In this document: piece by piece, positions 48,001-59,561 of the stretch
How positions within the stretch are numbered: the first letter of the stretch is position 1
Layout of the letters: the number at the start of each line of letters is the position of its first letter
NCBI GenBank assembly: GCA_964016885.1
Contig: OZ024753.1
Location: 19,530,001-19,594,000, forward strand
Source of the DNA: Eledone cirrhosa
Lineage: Eukaryota
Length of the DNA stretch: 64,000 nt
Reading direction: 5' to 3'
Translations under genes and position numbers: made by a program
Notes under the pieces: model-generated
Databases searched by the model: none
What the model saw: only the letters and a program-made list of their open reading frames with translations
What the model was told of the DNA's origin: nothing

Positions 48001-51000
48001 GACTAACTATGACAGTAGTAACACTGTACTGGGACTAACTATGACAGTTGTAACACTGTACCAAGACTAAATATGACAGTAGTAACAATGTACTGAGACT
48101 ACCTATGACAGTAGTAACACTGTACTGTAACTAACTATGACAGTAGTAACACTGTACTGAGACTAACTGTGACAGTAGTAACACTGTACTGATACTAACT
48201 ATGACAGTAGTTACACTGTACTGAGACTACCTATGACAGTAGTAACACTGTACTGGGACTAACTATGACAGTAGTAACACTGTGCTGGGACTAACTATGA
48301 CAGTAGTAACACTGTACTGAGTCAAAACTATGACAGTAGTAACACTGTACTGAGACTAACTTTGACAGTAGCAACACTGTACTGAGTCAAAACTATGACA
48401 GTAGTAACACTGTACTGAGACCAACTATGACAGTAGTAACACTGTACTGAGACCAACTATGACAGTAGTAACACTGTACTGAGACTAACTATGACAGTAG
48501 TAACACTGTACTGAGACTAACTATGACAGTAGTAACACTGTACTGAGACCAACTATGACAGTAGTAACACTGTACTGAGACTAACTATGACAGTAGTAAC
48601 ACTGTACTGAGACTAACTATGACAGTAGTAACACTGTAGTGATACTAACTTTGACAGTAGTAACACTGTACTGAGACTAACTATGATAGTAGTAACACTG
48701 TACTGAGACCAACTATGACAGTAGTAACACTGTACTGAGACTAACTATGACAGTAGTTAAACTGTACTGAGACTAACTATGACAGTAGTAACACTGTACT
48801 AAGACCAACTATGACAGTAGTAACACTGTACTGAGACTAACTATGACAGTAGTAACACTGTACTGAGACTAACTATGACGGTAGTAACACTGTACTAAGA
48901 CCAACTATGACAGTAGTAACACTGTACTGAGACTAACTATGACAGTAGTAACACTGTAATAAGACTAACTATGACAGTAGTAACACTGTACTGGGACTAA
49001 CTATGACAGTACTAACACTGTACTGAGACCAACTATGACAGTAGTAACACTGTACTGAGGCTAAATATGACAGTAGTAACACTGTACTGGGACTAACTAT
49101 GACAGTAGTAACACTGTAATAAGACTAACTATGACAGTAGTAACACTGTACTGAGATCAACTATGACAGTAGTAACACTGTACTGAGACTAAATATGACA
49201 GTAGTAACACTGTACTGGGACTAACTATGACAGTAGTAACACTGTACTGAGACTAACTATGATAGTAGTAACACTGTACTGAGACTAACTATGACAGTAG
49301 TACACCGTACTGAGACTAACTATGATAGTAGTAACACTGTACTGAGACTAACTATGACAGTAGTAACACTGTACTGAGACCAACTATGACACTAGTAACA
49401 CTGTACTGAGACTAACTATGACAGTAGTAACACTGTACTGAGACTAACTATGACAGTAGTAACACTGTACTGAGACTAACTATGACAGTAGTAACACTGT
49501 ACTGAGACCAACTATGACAGTAGTAACACTGTACTGAGACTAACTATGACAGTAGTAACACTGTACTGAGACTAACTATGACAGTAGTAACATTGTACTG
49601 AGACCAACTATGACAGTAGTAACACTGTACTGAGACTAACTATGACAGTAGTAACACTGTACAGAGACTAACTATGACAGTAGTAACACTGTACTGAGAC
49701 CAACTATGACAGTAGTAACACTGTACTGGGACTAACTATGACAGTAGTAACACTGTATTGAGACTAACTATGACAGTAGTAACACTGTACTGAGACTAAC
49801 TATGACACTAGTAACATCGTACTGAGACCAACTATGACAGTAGTAACACTGTACTGAGACTAACTAGGACAGTAGTAACACTGTACTGAGACTAACTATG
49901 ACAGTATTAACACTGTACTGAGACCAACTATGACAGTGGTAACACTGTACTGGGACTAACTATGACAGTAGTAACACTGTACTGAGACCAACTATGACAG
50001 TAGTAACCCTGTACTGGGACTAACTATGACAGTAGTAACACTGTACTGAGACTAACTATGACAGTAGTAACACTGTACTGAGACTAACTATGACAGTAGT
50101 AACACTGTACTGAGACCAACTATGACAGTAGTAACACTACTGAGACTAACTATGACAGTAGTAACACTGTACTGGGACTAACTATGACTGTAGTAACACT
50201 GTACTGAGACCAACTATGACAGTATTAACACTGTACTGGGACTAACTAAGACAGTAGTAACGCTGTATTGAGACTAACTATGACAGTAGTAACACTGTAC
50301 TGAGACTAACTAGGACAGTAGTAACACTGTACTGAGACTAACAATGACAGTAGTAACACTGTACTGAGACTAACTATGACAGTAGTAACACTGTACTGAA
50401 ACCAACTATGACAGTAGTAACACTGTACTGAGACTAACTATGACAGTAGTAACACTGTACTGAGACTAACTATGACAGTAGTAACACTGTACTGAGACCA
50501 ACTATGACAGTAGTAACACTACTGAGACTAACTATGACAGTAGTAACACTGTACTGGGACTAACTATGACTGTAGTAACACTGTACTGAGACCAACTATG
50601 ACAGTATTAACACTGTACTGGGACTAACTAAGACAGTAGTAACGCTGTATTGAGACTAACTATGACAGTAGTAACACTGTACTGAGACTAACTAGGACAG
50701 TAGTAACACTGTACTGAGACTAACAATGACAGTAGTAACACTGTACTGAGACTAACTATGACAGTAGTAACACTGTACTGAAACCAACTATGACAGTAGT
50801 AACACTGTACTGAGACTAACTATGACAGTAGTAACACTGTACTGAGACTAACTATGACAGTAGTAACACTGTACTGAGACCAGCTGCGACAGTAGTAACA
50901 CTGTACTGAGACTAACTATGACAGTAGTTACACTGTACTGAGACTAACTATGACAGTAGTAACACTGTACTGAGACTAACTATGACAGTAGTAACACTGT

Positions 51001-54000
51001 ACTGAGACTAACTATGACAGTAGTAACACTGTACTGAGACCAACTATGACAGTAGTAACACTGTACTGAGACCAACTATGACAGTAGTAACACTGTACTG
51101 AGACCAACTATGACAGTAGTAACACTGTACTGGGACTAACTATGACAGTAGTAACACTGTACTGAGACTAACTATGACAGTAGTAACACTGTACTGAGAC
51201 TAACTATGACAGTAGTAACACTGTACTGAGACCAACTATGACAGTAGTAACACTGTACTGAGACCAACTATGACAGTAGTAACACTGTACTGAGACCAAC
51301 TATGACAGTAGTAACACTGTACTGGGACTAACTATGACAGTAGTAACACTGTACTGAGACTAACTATGACAGTAGTAACACTGTACTGAGACTAACTATG
51401 ACAGTAGTAACACTGTACTGAGACTAACTATGACAGTAGTAACACTGTACTGGGACTAACTATGACAGTAGTAACACTGTACTGAGACCAACTATGACAG
51501 TAGTAACACTGTTCTGGGACTAACTATGACAGTAGTAACACTGTACTGAAACTAACTATGACAGTAGTAACACTGTACTGGGACTAACTATGACAGTAGT
51601 AACACTGTACTGAGACTAACTATGACAGTAGTAACACTGTACTAAGACTAACTATGACACTAGTAACACTGTACTGAGACTAACAATGACAGTAGTAACA
51701 CTGTACTGATACTAACTATGACAGTAGTAACACTGTACTGAGACTAACTATGACAGTAGTAACACTGTACTGGGACTAACTATGACAGTAGTAACACTGT
51801 ACTGAGACCAACTATGACAGTAGTAACACTGTGTTGAGACCAACTATGACAGTAGTAACACTGTACTGAGACCAACTATGACAGTAGTATCACTGTTCTT
51901 GGACTAACTATGACAGTAGTAACACTGCACTGAGACTAACTATGACAGTAGTAACACTGTACTGGGACTAACTATGACAGTAGTAACACTGTACTGGGAC
52001 TAACTATGACAGTAGTAACACTGTACTGAGACTAACTATGACAGTAGTAACACTGTACTGAGACTAACTATGACAGTAGTAACACTGTACTGGGACTAAC
52101 TATGACAGTAGTAACACTGTACTGAGACCAACTATGACAGTAGTAACACTGTTCTGGGACTAACTATGACAGTAGTAACACTGTACTGAAACTAACTATG
52201 ACAGTAGTAACACTGTACTGGGACTAACTATGACAGTAGTAACACTGTACTGAGACTAACTATGACAGTAGTAACACTGTACTAAGACTAACTATGACAC
52301 TAGTAACACTGTACTGAGACTAACAATGACAGTAGTAACACTGTACTGATACTAACTATGACAGTAGTAACACTGTACTGAGACTAACTATGACAGTAGT
52401 AACACTGTACTGGGACTAACTATGACAGTAGTAACACTGTACTGAGACCAACTATGACAGTAGTAACACTGTGCTGAGACCAACTATGACAGTAGTAACA
52501 CTGTACTGAGACCAACTATGACAGTAGTATCACTGTTCTTGGACTAACTATGACAGTAGTAACACTGCACTGAGACTAACTATGACAGTAGTAACACTGT
52601 ACTGGGACTAACTATGACAGTAGTAACACTGTACTGGGACTAACTATGACAGTAGTAACACTGTACTGAGACCAACTATGACAGTAGTAACACTGTACTG
52701 AGACGAACTATGACAGTAGTAACACTGTACTGAGACCAACTATGACAGTAGTAACACTGTACTGGGACTTACTATGACAGTAGTAACACTGTACTGGGAC
52801 TAACTAGGACAGTAGTAACACTGTACTGAGACTAACTATGACAGTAGTAACACTGTACTGAGACTAACTATGACAGTAGTAACACTGTACTGAGACCAAC
52901 TATGACAGTAGTAACACTGTACTGAGACCAACTATGACAGTAGTAACACTGTACTGAGACCAACTATGACAGTAGTAACACTGTACTGGGACTAACTATG
53001 ACAGTAGTAACACTGTACTGAGACTAACTATGACAGTAGTAACACTGTACTGAGACTAACTATGACAGTAGTAACACTGTACTGAGACCAACTATGACAG
53101 TAGTAACACTGTACTGAGACCAACTATGACAGTAGTAACACTGTACTGAGACCAACTATGACAGTAGTAACACTGTACTGGGACTAACTATGACAGTAGT
53201 AACACTGTACTGAGACTAACTATGACAGTAGTAACACTGTACTGAGACTAACTATGACAGTAGTAACACTGTACTGAGACTAACTATGACAGTAGTAACA
53301 CTGTACTGGGACTAACTATGACAGTAGTAACACTGTACTGAGACCAACTATGACAGTAGTAACACTGTTCTGGGACTAACTATGACAGTAGTAACACTGT
53401 ACTGAAACTAACTATGACAGTAGTAACACTGTACTGGGACTAACTATGACAGTAGTAACACTGTACTGAGACTAACTATGACAGTAGTAACACTCTACTG
53501 AGACTAACTATGACAGTATTAACACTGTACTGAGACTAACTATGACAGTAGTAACACTGTACTTGGACTAACTATGACAGTAGTAACACTGTACTGAGAC
53601 CAGCTATGACAGTAGTAACACTGTACTGAGACTAACTATGACAGTAGTAACACTGTACTAAGACTACCTATGACAGTAGTAAAACTGTACTGATACTAAC
53701 TATGACAGTAGTAACACTGTACTGAGACCAACTACGACAGTAGTAACACTGTACTGAGACCAACTATGACAGTAGTAACACTGTACTGAGACCAACTATT
53801 GTAGTAGTAACACTGTACAGGGACTAACTATGACAGTAGTAAAACTGTACTGGGACTAACTATGACAGTAGTAACACTGTACTAAGACTAAATATGATAC
53901 TAGTAACACTGTACTGAGACCAACTATGACAGTAGTAACACTGTACTGAGACCAACTACGACAGTAGTAACACTGTACTGAGACCAACTATGACAGTAGT

Positions 54001-54042
54001 AAAACTGTACTGAGACCAACTATTTTAGTGTAGTACACTGTA
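1..54042. repeat. 32-bp tandem satellite array, open at the left window edge
   Basis: Continuous repeats of ACTGAGAC(T/C)AACTATGACAGTAGTAACACTGT with scattered substitutions and occasional 28-33 bp indel monomers. I saw no foreign insertion or orientation switch. The last degenerate unit ends ...TTAGTGTAGTACACTGTA near 54042. Confidence 0.99.
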
Positions 54043-54083
54043 TGTGTTCTATAACTGGCAGTGGCACACACACGCTAACTTTG

Positions 54084-54487
54084 CTAGTCACCAGTTGATA
54101 GGCAACCAGAAAGAAACCAAATTGCATGTGTCCAATCACCAAAGAGCCGAACTCCTACTGTCATCGCTTTCATCTCTCTCGCCCTCTCCATTTCTCTGTA
54201 TTCTGAATAAACGGGTCCCACGTGATGGCCATCCCACAGCCCCGGAGGACAGAATAGAAACGGCGTTTCCTCGGAGGAAGGTAAGGTGATGCACTTGAAG
54301 AGCCATTCCAGGTCGCGAGGCTCACACTTGCGGCTGGCCAGCTCAGCGTCTACGGTGGTATGTAGGTAGGTAGCCCTAGGGTCAAGGACACGAGATGACT
54401 CCACTGCCAAGCGCACGACCGTAAACCTGTCGGAGAACGACTGGTACTTGGAAAGTTTGCCCTCCACTGTTCGAAGTGCAGCAGAAC
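54084..54487 (-). CDS. Putative coding exon of an unidentified protein (possibly a terminal exon)
   Basis: GC-richer island with a stop-free minus frame (SAALRTVEGKLSKYQSFSDRFTVVRLAVESSRVLDPRATYLHTTVDAELASRKCEPRDLEWLFKCITLP...STGD*). It is preceded by AT-rich sequence ending ACTAACCCAG (acceptor CAG at 54490-54488). No family recognised, and the 3' boundary is uncertain because internal GT donors are possible. Confidence 0.5.
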
Positions 54488-54526
54488 CTGGGTTAGTATT
54501 TTATTACATTTTGTGGCAAAGAATTG

Positions 54527-54622
54527 CGTCCCTTTACGTTCAGTGTTCAAATCACGGAGAGATTAGCTTTGCCTTTGTTCATAGCGGGGTTGTTAAAATA
54601 GAGTATCTCAATGGCACCAGTA
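54527..54622 (+). mobile_element. Old degenerate fragment of the tRNA-derived SINE family
   Basis: CGTCCCTTTACGTTCAGTGTTCAAATCACGG...CTTTGCCTTTG...GGGGTTGTTAAAATAGAGTA aligns by eye to the B-box and core of the SINE at 54691-54874. Confidence 0.7.
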
Positions 54623-54690
54623 ACATATCTCCTCCTACCAAATTGTTGGCCTGGAACCAACATCAGAAACCATTATTCGATTATATTAAT

Positions 54691-54874
54691 GGCGGTGGAT
54701 TGGCAGTATCAGTAGAGGGTTGGACGCTATGCTTTCCAGCATAGTTACGTCCCTTTACGATCTGAGTTCAAATCCCGCCGAGGTTGACTTTGCCTTTCAT
54801 CCTTACGGAGTCGATAAAATAAAGTACCAGTAATGAACTGGGTAATTGCTCGCCTTGTGCCTAAAGTAGAAACA
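54691..54874 (+). mobile_element. tRNA-derived SINE, full length, octopod-like family
   Basis: GGCGG start, A-box-like TGGCAGTATCAG, B-box GAGTTCAAATCC and core GACTTTGCCTTTCATCC...GTCGATAAAATAAAGTACCAG. Flanked by ATTAAT direct repeats (54685-54690, 54875-54880). Second copy at 62205-62383. Family assignment is from recollection of octopus SINEs. Confidence 0.9.
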
Positions 54875-55167
54875 ATTAATGTTTTTAAAACACGTTGGAT
54901 TTCATGAACTACTCTCATCATTAGTATAGGTCTATCATCATGTAGAATAGCAAAACTGACGACATTCCAGCTGACTGAGAAAAAAAAGCATTATCGCCAT
55001 AACTGGATAATCACAATAAGTAGATTCAATGACCATTATTAAATAATATTGAACAACCAAGAAAAAGACATAGAAAAGACTTGTAAATAGATATATATCG
55101 CTAAGTATATATTAACATATGAGAAAGATAAAGTAAAGGATCATCTGCCCATACGCAAAATACTGTG

Positions 55168-55578
55168 AATTACCTCATAGCGGCAAATGGCAACTTCTTT
55201 TCCCGCCTTTTAGGTGTATTTACCCTATTTTATGAGTTAATTTATAGCATCTCTGTAAAAGAGCATACCTTCCTTTACATTAATACTATATTCCTAGCGC
55301 TTCAAAATGTAGTCCCTCGTCTATGTATATCGTCTCTATGCCTGCCCGGCTGTTGTTTAGCTATTTAGTTTAAAACAAGACCGGAGAGTTGTCAAGGTCC
55401 CAAAGTTCCTAGCCGATATCTGAAAGATGTGAGGCTCAATTCCTCATAGCAGCCGACGGCAACTTCGTTTTCCGTCTTTTAAAGGTCTTCACTCTATTTC
55501 ATAAACTATTTTATAGCATCTCTGCGCATGAGCACTTCATCCTTTATATTACTTCTATGATCTCAGCACTTCAAATGA
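55168..55578. repeat. Diverged ~140-bp direct duplication (55168-55309 and 55438-55578)
   Basis: Shared blocks CCTCATAGC, GGCAACTTC, TTTATAGCATCTCTG, GAGCA, TCCTTTA and CTTCAAA occur in the same order, about 270 bp apart. Confidence 0.8.
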
Positions 55579-55719
55579 CATATTCAGCATATATTACTTG
55601 TTCCCTGGAACACAAGGGACAGAATATCATACTTTTAGGTGTCTTAGCATCACTAAATTTCCAAGTGAATGTAAGACACACACACGAACATTATAGGAAA
55701 CGAGATAATGTTGAATATC

Positions 55720-57416
55720 CAGTTCCCGTTAAAAATTGTAAGGTTTGCCAGTTCCCGTTTAAAATTGTAAGGTTTGCCTGTACCGGTTTAAATTGTAAGG
55801 TTTGACAGTACCGGTTTAAATTGTAAGGTTTGCCAGTACCGGTTTAAATTGTAAGGTTTGCCAGTACCGGTTTAAATTGTAAGGTTTGCCAGTACCGGTT
55901 TAAATTGTAAGGTTTGCCAGTACCGGGTTAAATTGTAAGGTTTGCCAGCACCCGTTTAAAATTGTAAGGTTTGACATTACCGGTTTAAATTGTAAGATTT
56001 GACAGTACCCGTTTAAATTGTAAGGTTTGCCAGCACCCGTTTAAATTGTAAGGTTTGCCAGTACCGGTTTAAAATTGTAAGGTTTGACAGTACCCGTTTA
56101 AATTGTAAGGTTTGCCAGTACCCGTTTAAAATTGTAAGGTTTGCCAGTACCGGTTTAAATTGTAAGGTTTGACAGCACCGGTTTAAAATTGTAAGGTTTG
56201 ACAGTACCGGTTTAAAATTGTAAGGTTTGACAGTACCGGTTTAAAATTGTAAGGTTTGCCAGCACCCGTTTAAATTGTAAGGTTTGCCAGTACCCGTTTA
56301 AAATTGTAAGGTTTGCCAGTACCGGTTTAAATTGTAAGGTTTGACAGTGCCGGTTTAAAATTGTAAGGTTTGACAGTACCGGTTTAATATTGTAAGGTTT
56401 GACAGTACCGGTTTAATATTGTAAGGTGTGACAGTAGCAGTTTAAATTGATAGTTTGTCAGTACCGGTTTAAATTGTAAGTTTTTAGAGTACCGGTTTAA
56501 ATTGTAAGGTTTGCCAGTACCGGTTTAAAATTGTAAGGTTTGCCAGTTCCCGTTTAAATTGTAAGGTTTGCCAGTACCGGTTTAAATTGTAAGGTTTGCC
56601 AGCACCGGTTTAAAATTGTAAGGTTTGACAGTACCGGTTTAAAATTGTAATGTTTGACAGTACCGGTTTAAATTGTAAGGTTTGCCAGCACCGGTTTAAT
56701 ATTGTAAGGTTTGACAGTACCGGTTTAAATCGTAAGGTTTGCCAGTACCGGTTTAAAATTGTAAGGTTTGACAGTACCGGTTGAAAATTGTAAGGTTTGA
56801 GAGTACCAGTTTAAAATTGTAAGGTTTGACAGTACCGGTTTAAATTGTAAGGTCTGACAGTACCGGTTGAAAATTGTATGGTTTAAGAGTACCCGTTTAA
56901 AAGTGTAAGGTTTGCCAGTTCCCGTTTAAATTGTAAGGTTTGCCAGTACCGGTTTAAAATTGAAAGATTTGACAGTACCGGTTTAAATTGTAAGGTTTAA
57001 CAGTACCGGTTTAAATTGTAAGGTTTGCCAGCACCCGTTTAAAATTGTAAGGTTTGACAGTACCGGTTTAAGTTGTAAGGATTGCCAGCACCGGTTTAAC
57101 ATTGTAAGGTTTGACAGTACCGGTTTAAATTGTAAGGTTTGACAATACCTGTTTAAATTGTAAGGTTTGACAGTACCGTTTAAAATTGTAAGGGTTGCCA
57201 GTACCCGTTTAAAATTGTAAGGATTTCCAGTACCGGTTTTAAATTGTAAGATTTGCCAGCACCGGTTTAATATTGTAGGTTTGACAGTATCGCTTTAAAA
57301 TTGTAAAATTTGACAGTACCCGTTTAAAATTGTAAGGTTTGAGAGTACCGGTTTAAAATTGTAAGGTTTGCCAGAACCCATTTAAAAATGAAAGGTTTCC
57401 TTGTACCCGTTTATAA
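55720..57416. repeat. 28/29-bp minisatellite, about 60 units
   Basis: Unit CAGTACCGGTTTAAA(A)TTGTAAGGTTTG(C/A), with period 28 measured at 55806 to 55834. It contains the ACCGGT and TTTAAA palindromes and decays toward the right end. Confidence 0.98.
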
Positions 57417-57666
57417 TTCAAACCTTTCCCAGAACCATACATAAAAGAAAAGTTAAAACGATCGATACGGAAATGCATAATTAGTCTGTTGAAATAGGAG
57501 TAACTTTGAGTTAAACCGCCTTGACAACACAAAATCTTGATACTTGAGATTCTAGAACAAAATAAAATTAAATTAAGGAATCCATCGGAACCATTTTCAT
57601 AATCTTTTTCCCTTTGAGGATATTTTGTGAATTTGAGAAACAAATTATTAACTTGAAATCCTGACA

Positions 57667-57812
57667 TACGAGGGTAGGCTGAAAAGTTCATAGGCTGACT
57701 ACGAATGCAGTAATTTCAACTCTTTTTATTAATAACTGCATTATTTATTTCTAGGGCCAATGTTGAAAAGTAAACCTCATTTGGTCATTCCATAAGAGAT
57801 AGTTGGTCAGCC
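57667..57812. mobile_element. Tc1/mariner-type non-autonomous remnant
   Basis: TACGAGGGTAGGCTGAAAAGTTCATAGGCTGAC resembles a mariner TIR (TA + CGAGGG...CTGAAAAGT). Only a short complementary remnant, GTCAGCC (57806-57812), is left on the right. Confidence 0.6.
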
Positions 57813-58489
57813 AGGTTTAAAGTTGCCAAAGTAAACGGTATATCAGGACGGCACTGATATGATTCTATCAGGAGTTACGGGTCCTTACAGATATATAGCC
57901 GGGCTTCTATACCTCAAAGCAATGTGTCATTCCCGCCACGAATCTCAGGGCTTCCCTATGACTGTAATAAAGCCCAGTTTAAATAAAATTTACTTTGCAC
58001 CTGACAGGTAATATATATTTCCCACCGCTCATTGAAGTTTCTTCAAGTCATCGTTTCCATTACTAATTATTCCTGGTTCTAATTTTTCTTGGTAAGACTA
58101 TGTACGTTTAAGCTGACTCTCGTAGATGCCAGAGCTTTGGTTTTAACTTTAGAGTGGCATGACATGTAATCCTCATGACAAGTTCACTTTCTTTCATTAA
58201 ATATAACTTAATATGGAAAAATCTATTTTCAAAAAACAATATCAAGTATTCTTCAATCGACTTAGTGAGAGATAAAGCTGAGATACTGGAGAAGCCAAAA
58301 TATATAACTGAGGAATATTCTATTAAAAATCTGAAAGTTATGTGTAGTTTGATTAGTAGGATAGTGATAGAAACAGAATGGAAGCAAATTCATACGTTTT
58401 ATACTAAGAATGTACATGTACATATACATATATCATGTACATACACATCGGGTGAGAAATAAATACATACACAAAGAAACACACACACG

Positions 58490-58499
58490 TATATATATA

Positions 58500-58585
<86 letters not shown>

Positions 58586-58586
58586 A

Positions 58587-58675
<89 letters not shown>

Positions 58676-58827
58676 AATATATATATAAGTATATAAATAT
58701 ATATGTATATATATATATATGTATATAAATATATATGTATATAAGTATATAAATATATATGTATATAAATATATATATATATATGTATATAAATACATAC
58801 ATATGTATATATATATATATATATATA
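58490..58827. repeat. (TA)n microsatellite with TATAAA/TATG interruptions
   Basis: Direct reading. Confidence 0.98.
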
Positions 58828-58904
58828 CGTAGGTCCCGGGTTGAGTCGGGGATAACCACAGTAAGTAAGGTACTCAATACATGGCAGAGTAAATTTTTTT
58901 ATTT

Positions 58905-59144
58905 TATAGAAGGAGCTTCCGCATCGACTGCGTCGGCGCACAACGTGTGCGCGCGCGACATGCACCGCACGCTTCGCACCAGATAAATGAACCACTGCTC
59001 GGCGACGGCCCCGTCTCTTCTCAATCGAGTGAGCGAAGAAACTACTCCGTAGTTTCTTCGCTCACTGGATTGCGAAGCGTGCGGTGCATGTCGCGCGCGC
59101 ACACGTTGTGCGCCGATGCAGCCGATGCGGAAGCTCCTTCTATA
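58905..59144. repeat. CpG-rich foldback (palindromic MITE-like) element
   Basis: Left arm 58905-58978 plus 59024-59045 pairs with right arm 59049-59144 (96 bp, 3 mismatches by eye), with loop TCC. The left arm has a 45-nt insertion (58979-59023). Confidence 0.92.
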
Positions 59145-59242
59145 TATATATACATATATTATATATGTATATAAATATATTTCGTTTCTGAATTTGTTTA
59201 GCAAGATTCTTTATCTGAAATCGTGTGTTGAAACCGATATTG

Positions 59243-59561
<319 letters not shown>

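Noticed and set aside
1-54042. CRISPR array (repeat length 32 bp)
   Set aside because: Monomers are directly adjacent with no unique spacers, there are no cas genes, and the context is eukaryotic.
1-54042. Hammerhead or RSS/Transib signal within the monomer (CTGAGA, CACTGTA)
   Set aside because: There is no GAAA or supporting helices, the heptamer match is only 5/7, and there is no nonamer.
1-54042. Telomeric repeat
   Set aside because: No TTAGGG-type or G-rich strand motif is present.
54044-54289. Plus-strand ORF with an AAG/GTAAGG donor-like site at 54280
   Set aside because: The peptide is low-complexity and antisense to a better minus-strand frame, with no convincing start or acceptor.
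55165-58462. Short AT-rich ORFs (55165, 55557, 57353, 58175)
   Set aside because: No recognisable domains, and several overlap repeats. Their lengths are compatible with chance.
59037-59056. GAAA-CUAC-UCC-GUAG-UU as hammerhead stem III
   Set aside because: There is no CUGANGA upstream, and the pairing is simply the foldback apex.
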